Shown piece after piece: positions 63,804-64,000 of a stretch of 64,000 nt of DNA. The position numbers and the translations under genes are program-made. This DNA is from an uncultured Thermoanaerobaculia bacterium (GTDB lineage: Bacteria; Acidobacteriota; Thermoanaerobaculia; Thermoanaerobaculales; Sulfomarinibacteraceae): contig CAZXMW010000006.1 in NCBI GenBank assembly GCA_964641415.1, forward strand, positions 2,088 to 66,087, given 5' to 3'. Numbering within the stretch: the first letter of the stretch is position 1; the number at the start of each line of letters is the position of its first letter. The notes beneath the pieces are model-generated. The model did not search any database. It was given only the letters and a program-made list of their open reading frames with translations, and was not told the origin of the DNA.

Positions 63804-63979
63804 GTTCCCGTCCGGAAACGGCGCTTTTTGGCAATCTCGGCGTCAGATGACGAATTTCCTTGTGCGGCGTACAGAAGTACGCCTCCGCGTAAACTCTGAT
63901 CTTCCTTGACCTTGCACAAAAATCCCTCGTTTCCGAATCGAGAACTGCGCAGTCCCCATCGGGGTTTCCGGATGGGAAC
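63804..63979 (+). mobile_element. MITE-like element family A, copy 3 (176 bp)
   Basis: Same TIRs and length as copies 1 and 2. Differs from copy 1 at 3 positions. Flanking hexamers TAGCTA / GAGCGA (4 of 6). Begins 3 nt after the stop codon of the preceding gene. Confidence 0.8.
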
Positions 63980-64000
63980 GAGCGAGCACCCATGCGGCCG

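Overview
High-G+C bacterial chromosomal segment with about 55 credible protein genes. I saw no rRNA, tRNA or CRISPR array. Many long ORFs in the track are Arg/Pro/Ala-rich out-of-frame or antisense shadows and were discarded. Left to right: partial rhomboid protease, MBL hydrolase, a decayed Ser/Thr kinase remnant, and a secreted FG-GAP protein. Next is a 5-gene overlapping minus-strand operon (FeS-type photolyase-like, small Cys/His protein, MacB/FtsX ABC ATPase, permease, AttH/CrtC-like). Then a TonB receptor, beta-propeller phytase and OprC-like copper receptor locus. Then a kinase-like phosphotransferase plus acyl-CoA dehydrogenase pair, and a lower-GC thioredoxin / small Cys protein / peroxiredoxin islet. 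Then a NifX-SlyD fusion, pyruvate kinase, SDRs, DUF2237 and DoxX. A compact cbb3 oxidase cluster follows (ccoS-N-O, monoheme cytochrome c, ccoI), extended by a Cys/His-rich membrane protein and an alginate-export-type porin. After several secreted or hypothetical proteins and an SSF transporter comes a complete group-3d bidirectional NiFe hydrogenase operon (hoxEFUYH, with convergent hoxW). A repeat-dense accessory segment (52.5-60.2 kb) holds an IS3-family element, and a YtrA/GntR-ABC operon closes the window. Main hunt results: (1) four unrelated signal-peptide proteins end in the same ~18-aa C-terminal motif [IL]F[AV]D[GD]FESGxxxxW, a candidate undescribed sorting or processing tag. (2) There are two MITE-like families (176 bp x3; ~163 bp x2) and two further short repeat families. 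(3) An ~840-bp non-coding region has a first 198 bp that is duplicated elsewhere and a 5' part loosely resembling a group II intron 5' end. (4) Two (GGN-NNN)n hexamer arrays sit next to mobile elements. (5) There are several unusual gene fusions and couplings, plus two gene remnants. All functional calls rest on motifs read by eye and should be confirmed by database searches.
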